The position numbers and the translations under genes were made by a program. A stretch of DNA of 64,000 nt from a virus (lineage: Duplodnaviria > Caudoviricetes), in IMG/VR virus record IMGVR_UViG_3300033068_001957, positions 1 through 64,000 of that record, one strand, 5' to 3'. Within the stretch, counting starts at the first letter, position 1. Every line of letters begins with the position of its first letter. The notes under the pieces were generated by a model. That model was not told the DNA's origin. It searched no databases and saw nothing but the letters and a program-made list of their open reading frames with translations. Positions 36,553 to 46,914 of this stretch are shown here, piece after piece.

Positions 36553-38041
36553 GATGTGATGAAGATTTTTCTAGGGCGGGATTGATATTTTTTCGATTAG
36601 CAAGATCGCGCAAGTCTCCCCGTTCCTCGATTTGGAAATTTTTGAATGAGAGGAAAATGCAGTTTTTTTCTAAATTGTCTCCCATTTTAACTGGCTCCAA
36701 TTCCCCAGCTACATCTTCCCCCAAGTGTCGGGCGGCGAAACAAATAAATTTGTGTGTTCCAAATTCTTCGCCGTCTTCTAGGATTTCGTCTAACGTCTTT
36801 TTGCGTAGAAGAAACATATGAGAACAATATTGAATAATACGGTCTGACAAACTTACAACGCTTTCATCGTCAACGATGTGCTCTTTCTTTTTATTTGTTA
36901 CAATGCCAGCGCGATTACTCTGAACGCTGGTGAATAGGCTTACCATCGGCTTTCCATCGAAAAGAATTTCTTTAGCGATTAGCTTCTTAAATTTATTGAC
37001 GATTTCTCCAATTACCTGCCATTCCGTTGACTGTCCATTAGGAAGTCCTGGGGGTTTAAGATAGTCAAATGAGATAATCATTTCCTTACCCCTGCCGACC
37101 TTGCTATAATAGAATCTTTTTGTATAAGAAACCATTTCATCGGCGCTCATTCCTCCGACACAATAATAGAAGAATTTAAGCTTTTTAATTCTGGGCCAAA
37201 CAGAGCGAACCTTAGCTACAGTTTCGGGTCCAGCATTTCGCCATTTCCCCGTTTCCAAAAGAAAGAGAGGAACGCCAGAAAGTGCGGCGGCTTGGCGGAA
37301 AATCAACTCTTCCTCGCTCATTTCCCCGTTATCAAGATGAAGAACGGTAATATCATATTTATCTGCTACATAAGTAGTGTATTTCATTGCTAGAGAGCTT
37401 TTCCCGCCCTTAGCTCTAGCACACACCACTGTTGCGTTTCCTGGCCTTACCAACGAACCATAGATTTTATTGACGGTAGGGAACGGCCCAAGCATTCCAA
37501 AATCAGTAATTGGATTATTCCCGCGTTCTTCGATTACTTCTTCCATCCTTTCGTAGATGTTGGAAGCGATAGCATCTCCACTATCGAATAGGTTCATTTG
37601 GCTGTTTACCTCTTTATCCACCATCTCTTCAAGATCGGAAAGAGAGGCGGAACGATCTGCGGCCTTAAGCTTCTGTCCCGCACGTTCCATTGCTTCCAGC
37701 AATTTGCGCCGCAAACTAAGCTTCTTTAGCTCAATGGCGGTTTTATACACGGCGTCCTCTGGAACCTTCCTAAGAGCCAAGGATTCAACGAATTCGCCCA
37801 CTGGTACTTCTTCGTCAAACTTAACTCCAATAGATTCAAGACGTTGGGCAAGAATGGTGGCGTTAATGTTTTCGCCCTTCTCTACTGCTTGCTTTAGAAG
37901 GCTAAAAATTGATCGCCGCAAAAGACTGTCTTCCGCGTAAATATCAGCCTCCGAAAAGAACGATTGAATCTTTAAATACTCATCTGGCTTGCGTAGAAGT
38001 CCAGAGAGAAGATGGTATTCTAGTTTTTGGTCGAAAATCAT
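36533..38041 (-). CDS. dnaB: replicative DNA helicase
   Basis: DnaB N-domain; ARAKGGKS, EMSEEE, SFDYL, QSNR. Confidence 0.9.
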   Translation of the reverse strand: MIFDQKLEYHLLSGLLRKPDEYLKIQSFFSEADIYAEDSLLRRSIFSLLKQAVEKGENINATILAQRLESIGVKFDEEVPVGEFVESLALRKVPEDAVYKTAIELKKLSLRRKLLEAMERAGQKLKAADRSASLSDLEEMVDKEVNSQMNLFDSGDAIASNIYERMEEVIEERGNNPITDFGMLGPFPTVNKIYGSLVRPGNATVVCARAKGGKSSLAMKYTTYVADKYDITVLHLDNGEMSEEELIFRQAAALSGVPLFLLETGKWRNAGPETVAKVRSVWPRIKKLKFFYYCVGGMSADEMVSYTKRFYYSKVGRGKEMIISFDYLKPPGLPNGQSTEWQVIGEIVNKFKKLIAKEILFDGKPMVSLFTSVQSNRAGIVTNKKKEHIVDDESVVSLSDRIIQYCSHMFLLRKKTLDEILEDGEEFGTHKFICFAARHLGEDVAGELEPVKMGDNLEKNCIFLSFKNFQIEERGDLRDLANRKNINPALEKSSSHHEPDSF

Positions 38042-38044
38042 AGT

Positions 38045-38284
38045 TTATTCGCTTAAATCAAATCCTTCGCCGCCAATACTTTCTTGTTCGTCCATTGCCC
38101 GCAGAAATGTTTCCGCCCTTTTCCGTAACGCCGAAAGCGTTACATCGTTTTGTCGGGTGACAACTTGCCGCACATTTGCATCTGCGTCAATGTAAAAAAG
38201 CATAAACCCTTTGTTGTTTTTGCCGTCACCAGTGAGTTCATATAGCTTCTCAAGAAAAGATTTGGGAATTGTAAATTTTGGCAT
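38045..38284 (-). CDS. hypothetical protein
   Basis: 79 aa; TAATAT 5 nt before the ATG. Confidence 0.55.
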   Translation of the reverse strand: MPKFTIPKSFLEKLYELTGDGKNNKGFMLFYIDADANVRQVVTRQNDVTLSALRKRAETFLRAMDEQESIGGEGFDLSE

Positions 38285-38320
38285 GCACTATATTAACGAA
38301 CGCAAGGTTAGGATTCTTGC

Positions 38321-38731
38321 TCACAATTCTATGCCTTTGCTTAAAAAGTACTCGTAGGTTAGCTCTTTTTCAGAATTGATCCTAATGAGAGAATAATTAT
38401 TGATTTCGGCCCAATCTTCCTTTTTTAAGTCTCTTTTTACTTGACCAAGAAATTTTGAAACCCTTGATCCGTGAAAATGCTCGATATACCGATGATGCAT
38501 TGCGCCGTCAAATTCAATGCATATCTTTTTGGTATAGTTTACAATATCAAATGTCATGCGACTGCCGACTAGAGGCATTTCCTCTAAGATGCAGTCGTGT
38601 TGCCAATAAGGGTAAAGAAACTTCTTTAATGCAGTCTGGCCCTTGCTTCGAGTCCCACCGCACCAATCAACTAGATAGCGGCGGTAATTTTTTAGATTTT
38701 TTTCGCGCCCATTTAAATCAAAGAATTTCAT
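38321..38731 (-). CDS. Vsr/DUF559-like PD-(D/E)XK endonuclease
   Basis: FDI...ICIEFDGAMH...QVKRDLKKEDWAEINNYSLIRI. Confidence 0.75.
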   Translation of the reverse strand: MKFFDLNGREKNLKNYRRYLVDWCGGTRSKGQTALKKFLYPYWQHDCILEEMPLVGSRMTFDIVNYTKKICIEFDGAMHHRYIEHFHGSRVSKFLGQVKRDLKKEDWAEINNYSLIRINSEKELTYEYFLSKGIEL

Positions 38732-39941
38732 CTGTTTCGACAGTATTTGGGATATCGAAGGTTTCTAGACCAATTATTTTCTTAAAGTGATTAAATAAAA
38801 AGTTTTTGACGCTCTCATTTGCTTCAATTTGTCTATAAACTTCTGGTAAACCGTGCATTTTATCGGGTAAAATACCACCGAGTCCTGCCTCATTCAGCAA
38901 CTCAATCATGTCTTCGCTCTGTTTAAACCAAGAACTACTATCGTCTAGTAATTCATAAGAAATAAGCATGTCAACTATTTCTTTCTCGATCCAGATGCTT
39001 TTACCGCCAGTTCGGCCATAACAAATTGGATAGCGCAGAGTAAGATTTGTTTTCTCGTTGGGAGATTTCTTAATCATTACCTTTGCCCAATGCCCTAGAG
39101 CGGGGTTTTTATCGGCATCAATTTTTTTATTTTTGGGGTCTTTTAAAATAAGATCGTCTGCATTGGGAAAGCGCGGAAGAAATTCGAGAATCCAATTTGC
39201 AAAGTGTAGAAGAGCATTTCCTCCTGTTGCAGATGTTTGTCGAATCGGAGCCTTTGAATAAGGGTCAAGTTTAATATCCGCTCTTACTTGAGACACAAAA
39301 ATCGCCATATGCCCACGCTTTGCTAAGGCAATAGACATCCTTTTCATAAAGTTAGCCGCAATTACTGCTCCGCCAGCAACCTTGTTGCTATCCTCAAAGG
39401 ACTTTTCTTCGTCATTCTTGCTAAGAAGTCCGTCAACAGAGTCAAGAATAAAACAATACTTGGTCTTCTCTGGATTATTGATTACAAGTTGGCGCATCGC
39501 ATCAACACATGTTTCATAGATATTACTTTCGAAAACAAATGACGTTCCATTTTCCCATTCTTCGGCAGAAAAAACAAAATTTATGCCACTCCGATCTTTC
39601 ATATCGGGAGAAAGGCGACCTTCCGCTTTAATATAGAAGCCTTTAGAATTCGGAATTGTTAAGAGGAAGTTCTTCATCACCTCCAATGCTTCTGATGTTT
39701 TTCCGCCCTCATTAATTCCACAAAAACGGTGAAGCCCAGGGTTTAGTCCGCCATCCATTTGCGAATCTAAAAGGAGAGAGCCTGTTGATACTTTGTAATA
39801 GAAGTCTTCTTCAAAGTTGTAGTGGTCTGTCTTGTTGTCTTTGAGAAATTTACCTAGAAGCTCTTTCGAGCCTTGGGGAATTTTTTTAGAGGAAGTTTCT
39901 TCATCTGTTTTTTTTGATAGGATTTTTTTGATTTGGGCCAT
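38718..39941 (-). CDS. recA: RecA/UvsX-like recombinase
   Basis: VSTGSLLLD, GINEGGKTS, ILDSV, FVSQVR, TGGNAL. Confidence 0.9.
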   Translation of the reverse strand: MAQIKKILSKKTDEETSSKKIPQGSKELLGKFLKDNKTDHYNFEEDFYYKVSTGSLLLDSQMDGGLNPGLHRFCGINEGGKTSEALEVMKNFLLTIPNSKGFYIKAEGRLSPDMKDRSGINFVFSAEEWENGTSFVFESNIYETCVDAMRQLVINNPEKTKYCFILDSVDGLLSKNDEEKSFEDSNKVAGGAVIAANFMKRMSIALAKRGHMAIFVSQVRADIKLDPYSKAPIRQTSATGGNALLHFANWILEFLPRFPNADDLILKDPKNKKIDADKNPALGHWAKVMIKKSPNEKTNLTLRYPICYGRTGGKSIWIEKEIVDMLISYELLDDSSSWFKQSEDMIELLNEAGLGGILPDKMHGLPEVYRQIEANESVKNFLFNHFKKIIGLETFDIPNTVETDEIL

Positions 39942-39944
39942 AAA

Positions 39945-40304
39945 TTATTTAAGTAAATCTCTCAATGTTGGTCTTTTTTGTATCTGATAGTCTTCACCCG
40001 CCTTATCTCCTAGAATTATTTCTTCTTTTTGCGGCGGGACATAGAGATATGCGCGGTATTTCCTAGTCAATTCTAGCATCAGGTTGTCACAGAATAATAC
40101 GGCCAGACTGGCGAATTTCTTGCTGTATTTGAGTTGATTTAGGAATTCAAGAGGGAAAAGCGCCGAAAGCTTTTTGAGGATTACATATTCGCGCATCAAC
40201 CATTCTCGCAGCCCATGAGACGGTTTCTCAACAAGGCGCTCGACTAGGTGTTTTTTGTTGATTGGAGGTGGTTTGGGAAGTTTGGGCTTTTTAGGGCGGG
40301 CCAT
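39945..40304 (-). CDS. hypothetical protein
   Basis: Likely start MARPKK; basic. Confidence 0.5.
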   Translation of the reverse strand: MARPKKPKLPKPPPINKKHLVERLVEKPSHGLREWLMREYVILKKLSALFPLEFLNQLKYSKKFASLAVLFCDNLMLELTRKYRAYLYVPPQKEEIILGDKAGEDYQIQKRPTLRDLLK

Positions 40305-40306
40305 GA

Positions 40307-40504
40307 TTAATAAAACCACTCGTTTTCAAGTTTTTCCAAAGTATTCCACGCCGTATCATCTCCATCAAGAGGGCTATTAGCGTGGATAGCCTCTAGAGCT
40401 TCAATGGTAGAAAGAAGTGCCCCTCGATATGTGTAAATATCGAAATCATCGTCGATAGGCTTCATCTTGCTAGAACAACGGATTTTAATTTCTTGAATTT
40501 TCAT
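40307..40504 (-). CDS. hypothetical protein
   Basis: 65 aa in the operon. Confidence 0.45.
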   Translation of the reverse strand: MKIQEIKIRCSSKMKPIDDDFDIYTYRGALLSTIEALEAIHANSPLDGDDTAWNTLEKLENEWFY

Positions 40505-40535
40505 TTCCTCATTTTAGTCGAGGAATTGTTGGATG

Positions 40536-41663
40536 TCAAGGATTATTTAGATCGTTTTCCACCATCATGGATACTAGGGTGGAAAAATCAATTCGCGGTT
40601 CCCAGCCAAGCTCTTTTCTGGCTTTTGACGAATCTCCGTGCAAATAGGTCACATCCATTGGGCGGAAAAAGTCAGGATTAATTCTTACAAGATCGAACGA
40701 CTTTAACTCCGCCATTTCACAGAAATGCTCTGGCAAAGTATATCTTTCATTGATGCCTTCCCCGTCCCAAATACCCCCAGAGATTCCAGCTTTTTCAAAG
40801 GCCAGACCGATAAATTCTTTAATAGAATGAGTGTTGTTTTCTGAGAGAATATAGGGTTTAATTTTGTCGGCCCAAAAAGAAGATGGCTTTGCCTCCCTCA
40901 TAATATTAAAACCCGCCAAATCTTCTCTGAACTTTTCTTGGTTTAGAATCCTCCAAAGTCCATCTGCTACGTCACCAGCGAATTGCCATGAGCGATAGCT
41001 ATTAATATTTCCAAGCTCAATTGGTTCGAAACGTTTCACCTCCTTAATGGCCTTGGCGATTCTTGCCACACCCTTTGTAATTTTACGGGTAACAAAACGT
41101 TCTCCACGCAAAGGAGATTCGAAATTATATGTCCACGGTTGGATGGCATAAATACCAAAACTCTCTCTCCAAATATCTACATAATTGCGAGCACAAATCT
41201 TGCTGGCGGCATATGGACTACGGGGGCACAAACGGGTCGTTTCGTCTTGCGCTCCATTCGCATTTTCGAGGGTGATTGCAAATTCTTCGCTGCTTCCCAT
41301 GTTTAAAAACCTTGATTCGGGCGATAATTTCCGAATTGCCTCAAGGATATGAAGTACGCCAAGAGCGTTCGTAGAGAGGTGTTGTTGGGCAAGCGCCCAC
41401 GAATCCCAGACCGCTGAATTTGCGCCTGTGTTGAAAATGTAGTCTGGCTTATGTTTGCCGATAGATCGTTCAACTGAAATGCTATCTGTCAGATCGAGAG
41501 ATTCGATTTCAACTCCTGCTTCGTCATAGATTTTTGGCTGTTTGTCGTAGCTTTTATGGCGCGTGGTTCCAACGAGTGCAAAATCAGGGTGGTTGTCTTG
41601 GAAGTGTTTAACGAGATACTGTCCCAATTGACCATTTGCACCAATGATGAGAATTTTATTCAT
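40536..41663 (-). CDS. gmd: GDP-mannose 4,6-dehydratase-like extended SDR
   Basis: GANGQLG, PRSPYAASK, NFESPLRGERFVTRKIT, LGNI..R.W, FFRP..V..L.GD..KA...LGW. Confidence 0.85.
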   Translation of the reverse strand: MNKILIIGANGQLGQYLVKHFQDNHPDFALVGTTRHKSYDKQPKIYDEAGVEIESLDLTDSISVERSIGKHKPDYIFNTGANSAVWDSWALAQQHLSTNALGVLHILEAIRKLSPESRFLNMGSSEEFAITLENANGAQDETTRLCPRSPYAASKICARNYVDIWRESFGIYAIQPWTYNFESPLRGERFVTRKITKGVARIAKAIKEVKRFEPIELGNINSYRSWQFAGDVADGLWRILNQEKFREDLAGFNIMREAKPSSFWADKIKPYILSENNTHSIKEFIGLAFEKAGISGGIWDGEGINERYTLPEHFCEMAELKSFDLVRINPDFFRPMDVTYLHGDSSKARKELGWEPRIDFSTLVSMMVENDLNNP

Positions 41664-41731
41664 AGTTTGAATATATTAACCAATAAAGAAGATTAATTTT
41701 TGAATTGTGTGTAATTCTTACTACAATCCAA

Positions 41732-43027
41732 ATGATCATCTACAAGATAACGAATATCGTAAGCGGGAAATGCTATATAGGACAAACAATTCATTCTTTC
41801 AACAAAAGATATCGCGGAGGAAAATGGTGGCAATATACTGACAACCCCATGCTAAGGAATTCTTATAATAAGCATGGCCCAGAACGTTTTGTGGTTGAAA
41901 TCCTAGAAACAAACGTTCCTTCAATAGAAGAATTAAATAGACTAGAAGCTTTTTATGCTGAAAAATATAACGCTTATAGCCCAAATGGATATAATTTAAG
42001 AGGATGCGGGGATAATAAATTTTCTTTGCCAGAGACGGTTGAAAAATCTCGCCTTGGGAGCTTAAAAACCAGATATGCACGGGATATGAATACGTGGGAG
42101 GTTGTTGAAATAAAGGATTTAGTTAGATTTTGTCAAGAAAAAAATCTTAGTTATCACTCCATGTATAGTTTAATTAAGGGAGGGAGAGATATTATAACGT
42201 GTGGGAATTACTGCTCTATCCATAAGACCAAGGAAGAAATTGACGGCAGACAGAAAATTAAATTTAAAAACGAACCAGTTCATCTCGTCGATTCAGAGGG
42301 TCAGACTCTTTACGTCGAAAACCCAAGAGATTTTGCAGAAAAAAATAATTTGGAAAAAGGATCATTTTACAAACTCCTTCATGGAGAAATGCTTTATTAC
42401 AGAGGGTATCGACTCCCAGAAAATGTTGGAAAATATCCGAAAAGCATGCGTAAAATCGTAATGTGTAAAAACTTTGGAGAGCCAGAAGAATTCGTCTCTA
42501 TCATTTCCTTTTGTAACGAAAAAAATCTTAGCAAGTCTTCTATAGCTAAGGTTCTGAAGGGAACGCTCAAAATGCATCGAGGCTGGCATCTTCCAACTCT
42601 TACCGAAGAAGAATTGTTCATGGTGAAGAAACGCTCGAAAATTACAACAGAACTCCTTGATCCAGATGGAAGATTGGTTAGAATTGATAATTTGGCATTC
42701 TTTTGCCATAAGAATAATTTTAATTATGACTCGTTCTATTGTTTAAATAAGGGCGTAAGTCGATCATGCTTCGGATGGACAAGGAAAGGAATGGATCATT
42801 TATACGATACTTACATTTCTCCCGAAGGCGTTGCTTATAAAAGTATAGACGCAGCTAGAATCGCAAAAGAATTTAATTTAAACAAAAGCTGCTTAATGAA
42901 TGCTCGAAATCCGAATTCTAGCACTAGAAGCCATTTAGGTTGGACCGTATTGAGATTCGAAATGGCATCACAAAAAACTTTTGATCCTGAAAAGCTTGGA
43001 TTTTTTTCTGAATATATTTTACCTTAA
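41732..43027 (+). CDS. GIY-YIG homing endonuclease with repeated C-terminal DNA-binding modules
   Basis: MIIYKITN..CYIGQT..GYN; about five xFCxxxNL...h..GW repeats; inserted antisense. Confidence 0.85.
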   Translation: MIIYKITNIVSGKCYIGQTIHSFNKRYRGGKWWQYTDNPMLRNSYNKHGPERFVVEILETNVPSIEELNRLEAFYAEKYNAYSPNGYNLRGCGDNKFSLPETVEKSRLGSLKTRYARDMNTWEVVEIKDLVRFCQEKNLSYHSMYSLIKGGRDIITCGNYCSIHKTKEEIDGRQKIKFKNEPVHLVDSEGQTLYVENPRDFAEKNNLEKGSFYKLLHGEMLYYRGYRLPENVGKYPKSMRKIVMCKNFGEPEEFVSIISFCNEKNLSKSSIAKVLKGTLKMHRGWHLPTLTEEELFMVKKRSKITTELLDPDGRLVRIDNLAFFCHKNNFNYDSFYCLNKGVSRSCFGWTRKGMDHLYDTYISPEGVAYKSIDAARIAKEFNLNKSCLMNARNPNSSTRSHLGWTVLRFEMASQKTFDPEKLGFFSEYILP

Positions 43028-43374
43028 TACCCAATCTTCTGTTCCATAATTTCTCCTCCAAAAAATTTAACTTGTATTTCCTGCTTTAATCGAAAACGAT
43101 TATGATTCAATACATCAATAACTGATCCTGGGATGGAATCGTCCTTCACGGCGTCTACTGCTTCAAAGCAAGACCAATTTGATTGAAACAAATCCTTATA
43201 CTCCTGAGAATTTAACACGCGGAAAAATAGTTGTCCGCCCACTTGAGACTTAATCTCTTCAAGGCAATCGAAATAATTGGAAACGTTTTTTGAGTTTGGC
43301 AATTTCTTCGCTTTAACTTGTAGGATGCTAAGGATGTCAAAGGCGCTGCCTTCTGAGGTAGATAGTTGAATCAT
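43024..43374 (-). CDS. hypothetical protein of glyco clusters (DUF6165-like)
   Basis: SEGSAFDILSILQVK...NHNRFRLKQEI...EQKIGY. Confidence 0.55.
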   Translation of the reverse strand: MIQLSTSEGSAFDILSILQVKAKKLPNSKNVSNYFDCLEEIKSQVGGQLFFRVLNSQEYKDLFQSNWSCFEAVDAVKDDSIPGSVIDVLNHNRFRLKQEIQVKFFGGEIMEQKIGY

Positions 43375-44138
43375 AATTCTGCCCAATATTCTTGATAAGA
43401 TTGCGCACAAGATTCGTATGGATATGCGCTTAACCCATGTTTTGGCCACTCCATTTCAATGCGGGGAAAGGGCGTAAAATATTTTGGCATTAGTTCGTTG
43501 CTTAATTCTTTTGCTTCTTCCCAACGCGGCGCAAAATCGTAGAGATATTCTTTTGGCCACTCGACCATTCTTTTAACGCGCTTGTCTTTTTTAGCTAAAT
43601 AATTACTAGCAATATAGCATTCTGCTCTTGTATTCGCAGCGTAAAACCCTGGGTTCGGCCAAGAATCGTGCGGATTTGGGATATGATGCTTTGCGTTGTC
43701 GGCGGGAATATCAAAAAGATTGACTAATTCACTTGTTCTGCCCCAAAAGGAATGATCGCGAGGATGAAATGGAAACGGGCGATACAGACCTAAAACAGAA
43801 ATCTTATCTTGGTTTTCAAACATGCGCTCGTACATAAGGTTCATGCTGTCGAGAGAAATCTTTTGATCTGAGCGAAGTTTCGCCGCAAAATCTGTAACTA
43901 CTCCACACAATCCGCGATGAGAAGTAACGATTTGGGCGTTTCTATTTCCTATGCCATTATTGGATAAAGGTAGCGAGCGGTAAATACTATGCAAAACATT
44001 AATCAGTTTAACCTCTGGATCGTCTCGCCAACAAGAAATGATGATATTGTTGACCCACTTTAGTTTTGAATAGTGTCGGCAAATTTCCTGCGTGTAGGCA
44101 TCGGCTTTGCCTTGAATTACGATGTCAATTTCTTCCAT
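43371..44138 (-). CDS. WavE-like lipopolysaccharide synthesis protein
   Basis: DIVIQG..IIISCW..NRNAQIVTS..GL..KLRSD..FHPRDHSFWG. Confidence 0.7.
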   Translation of the reverse strand: MEEIDIVIQGKADAYTQEICRHYSKLKWVNNIIISCWRDDPEVKLINVLHSIYRSLPLSNNGIGNRNAQIVTSHRGLCGVVTDFAAKLRSDQKISLDSMNLMYERMFENQDKISVLGLYRPFPFHPRDHSFWGRTSELVNLFDIPADNAKHHIPNPHDSWPNPGFYAANTRAECYIASNYLAKKDKRVKRMVEWPKEYLYDFAPRWEEAKELSNELMPKYFTPFPRIEMEWPKHGLSAYPYESCAQSYQEYWAEL

Positions 44139-44769
44139 ACAGTTTTCTATTAAAAAAGATCAAATCGGCCTCTGGACAAGAAACGGCGGAATGATCCCAT
44201 TCGTCGAATAATTCGAAACCTTTCGATAGCATATATTCTATATCAGAATCTCGGGTGTTTTGGTTCTCGTACATGAGCGTGTCGGATGTTTTTGCCACGC
44301 AGGTTTCCATTTGCACGAACAGAATACTATCCAACCACTCTTTTCCGCTCTTGATTACGTCAAGGTCATTTCCTTGTACGTCAATTTTTAAATAATGGAT
44401 AATCTCTGGCTGTAGAAAATTCAATACGTTGGTAAGAGTATCGCATTCGACTTCAATTTCGCCCGTCTTATTGATTTCTTGAGGGCGCTGAAATTTGTTG
44501 TCCAGAATCATCTCGTTGAGTGAATTACATCCAGGTTCGCTGTAGGTATTGAATTTGCGCGTCCCAACTTCCGTAGAAATAGCCTTCTGAATGAAGAAAT
44601 TGCAGGCTCCAGTATTATAATCTATTGGATCAATGCCCACGCAGTAAATGAATTTATTGAGTGACGCAATCTTTTGGGAGAAATCGTGGGACCAATCGCC
44701 TTTGTGATGGCCCAAATCTAAAATGTATAGACTATCATACTTCTCTAGGAATGGCAGAATATCACGCAT
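44125..44769 (-). CDS. FkbM-family methyltransferase
   Basis: LDLGHHKG, YLKIDVQGNDLDVI, FVQME. Confidence 0.8.
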   Translation of the reverse strand: MRDILPFLEKYDSLYILDLGHHKGDWSHDFSQKIASLNKFIYCVGIDPIDYNTGACNFFIQKAISTEVGTRKFNTYSEPGCNSLNEMILDNKFQRPQEINKTGEIEVECDTLTNVLNFLQPEIIHYLKIDVQGNDLDVIKSGKEWLDSILFVQMETCVAKTSDTLMYENQNTRDSDIEYMLSKGFELFDEWDHSAVSCPEADLIFFNRKLYGRN

Positions 44770-45073
44770 AATACTTATCTCCTTTTGTCGCTGGAGATTT
44801 AATCACCAATAATTTTGTATCTTGCATATATTCTACGGTAGACTTCTCAAATGGTTCAAAAATAAAAATATCGCCTTCAAAATACAAATTCTTACCTATT
44901 TTTGCCGCGCCAGATAGGATAAGATTGAATTCTTCATGCTTTTCATGCCAATGACCGTCTCCTTTATCGCCTGCTTTTAGGTCCAAGATACCGATTTCTA
45001 GTTCGGTGGTTTTAATAATTGATGGTTCAAAGTTACCAATGATCCAGCCTCGGGTGAAGTCTTCTAATTTCAT
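44762..45073 (-). CDS. cupin domain protein
   Basis: RGWIIGNFEP..HWHEKHEEFNLILSG..GDIFIFEP. Confidence 0.75.
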   Translation of the reverse strand: MKLEDFTRGWIIGNFEPSIIKTTELEIGILDLKAGDKGDGHWHEKHEEFNLILSGAAKIGKNLYFEGDIFIFEPFEKSTVEYMQDTKLLVIKSPATKGDKYYA

Positions 45074-46227
45074 TCGGTGCTGTTCATAAGTCTTGTTTGA
45101 TGTCTTCCCCCTTGGAAGCTGCTAGACATCACTTTTTCTAAAATTGCTTCCATTTCGTTTTCGCCACAAAACTTTTCCGAGATAGCAAAGAAATTAGCGC
45201 AACTGTGTTTAACAGCAAACTCAGCCGCCCATTCATTATAACAAAGGGCAGAGCGTATCCCTTTAACCTTGTTGGCAGCAATATTAACCCCTTGGCCAGA
45301 ACGGCAGAATCCAAATCCAAAGTCTGAAACCCCTTTTAGGATTGAATCGCAGGCCGCTCTGACAAAAATTGAATAATCGCAATCGTGAGTATTATACGTA
45401 CCAAAATCAAGAACATGGAGTCCTCTTTTTTCGGCCAATGTTTTAAAAACTTCTTTTGCCGCAAATCCAGAATGATCAGAGCAGACAGCAACAACCCTCT
45501 TGTTTTCGGGGAAGGACTTAAGTATGTTTTTCTTGAAGAAATCAAATTCTTCGGGAGTGCCAAATATTCCGATGGAATCAACGTCAAGGATTGAGATTTT
45601 CTTTTTATCTTCTATTAGGTGATTATAGACTAATGCGATATGCAGTTCCGTTCCATTATAGGAAGAAATCATTCTTTTTGCGGCGCGAATAAAATCTTCG
45701 CCCCTTTTAAACCAATAAAGACCAGCCGAAGCGTGTTCGCTGATTACTTTCTTCTCTGCGACTTTGGTTACGAAGCCGTCTTGACTAACTTGTGAATAGC
45801 TATAATTGCTAGAATTACTCTTGAATGTTAAAATACACCCGTCGTCTTGGCTTTGGAATTCTGCCGCCGCAAATTTGGGCGTAAAAAATACGTCTGAGCA
45901 ATGAATGATTAATGGACAGTCTGAACGGATGAACTTTTTCGCGGCCATGCAAGTTTCTACCGCGCCTCTTGTTGATTCTGAAATAGAGATAATATTCACA
46001 TGCTCTCCAAATTTCTTTTTAAGAAAAGAATCAATAGAAAAGTCCTTAATATCTGCCTCTCTAACAATAAATACTAAATCGCAATCTGCTAAATCAATAC
46101 AATCCATCGTCCATTCAATAATGGAGCGATGATCAATACGAATTAACGGTTTTGGAAATAGCCACTTTTCTCTTGGAAAACGAGAGCCTAAACCTGCGAT
46201 GGGAACAACGACAACAGAGCGCATCAA
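45070..46227 (-). CDS. sugar nucleotidyltransferase fused to RpiB/LacAB sugar-phosphate isomerase
   Basis: PIAGLGSRF..PKPLI..TRGAVET..EKK..GLYWF; SDHSG..FCRSGQGVNIAANKVKGIR..FQGGRHQTR. Confidence 0.88.
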   Translation of the reverse strand: MMRSVVVVPIAGLGSRFPREKWLFPKPLIRIDHRSIIEWTMDCIDLADCDLVFIVREADIKDFSIDSFLKKKFGEHVNIISISESTRGAVETCMAAKKFIRSDCPLIIHCSDVFFTPKFAAAEFQSQDDGCILTFKSNSSNYSYSQVSQDGFVTKVAEKKVISEHASAGLYWFKRGEDFIRAAKRMISSYNGTELHIALVYNHLIEDKKKISILDVDSIGIFGTPEEFDFFKKNILKSFPENKRVVAVCSDHSGFAAKEVFKTLAEKRGLHVLDFGTYNTHDCDYSIFVRAACDSILKGVSDFGFGFCRSGQGVNIAANKVKGIRSALCYNEWAAEFAVKHSCANFFAISEKFCGENEMEAILEKVMSSSFQGGRHQTRLMNSTE

Positions 46228-46913
46228 TTGTATAGTAAATAATCTCTACACCTTGCTATAGCAAAATTTGCAGCATCTTCATCTTTTGCTCCATTATATA
46301 ATTTATCGACAATAAAAGATGCCGCAAAGTGATCCCCCACTCCTAATACGCAGGTATCCTTAATTTGTTCGATAGGCTTCGATTGCCAAAGTTTTTGGCC
46401 GTTTTCCCAGATTTCCACCCTTTCGGGAGAATGAGCGATGAAAATTACATCTTCGACACCTTTAGACTGAGATTCTGGATCATGTTCATCACTAGATAGA
46501 AAAATATAATCAAAATATTTATAATGAAATCTATTCGCCCATCCTTTGCATAAGTCTGCCGATACAATTCCAACCTTTTGAGCTAAAATATCAAAATTTT
46601 CTAATTGATTTAGATAGCAGTAATGCGTCCACTCGCTAGAATGTAAAGTTGGTTTCCTCGACTTATCATTTAAACTTGCGCAGACATCTTTGGTAGCATT
46701 CTGCCTATCAATTTTGACGAACGCATGACCATATGCAGATGGTTCAATGGCAATTTTTGGCGGCGGATATCCCCAATAACCCGTGGTTACTTTTTTAAAA
46801 CTTCTTGCTACATTATAAATGCCGCCAAACTGTTGGCGCGGCTCTTTATCATCTTCAAAAATCCAATCTTCTACGGCATGACCCACCAACAATAAATCTA
46901 TTTCTGGTTGCAT
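46224..46913 (-). CDS. PfkB/ribokinase-family sugar kinase
   Basis: FGGIYNVA; C-terminal VLGVGDHFAASFI (GAGD-type anion hole). Confidence 0.65.
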   Translation of the reverse strand: MQPEIDLLLVGHAVEDWIFEDDKEPRQQFGGIYNVARSFKKVTTGYWGYPPPKIAIEPSAYGHAFVKIDRQNATKDVCASLNDKSRKPTLHSSEWTHYCYLNQLENFDILAQKVGIVSADLCKGWANRFHYKYFDYIFLSSDEHDPESQSKGVEDVIFIAHSPERVEIWENGQKLWQSKPIEQIKDTCVLGVGDHFAASFIVDKLYNGAKDEDAANFAIARCRDYLLYN

Positions 46914-46914
46914 A

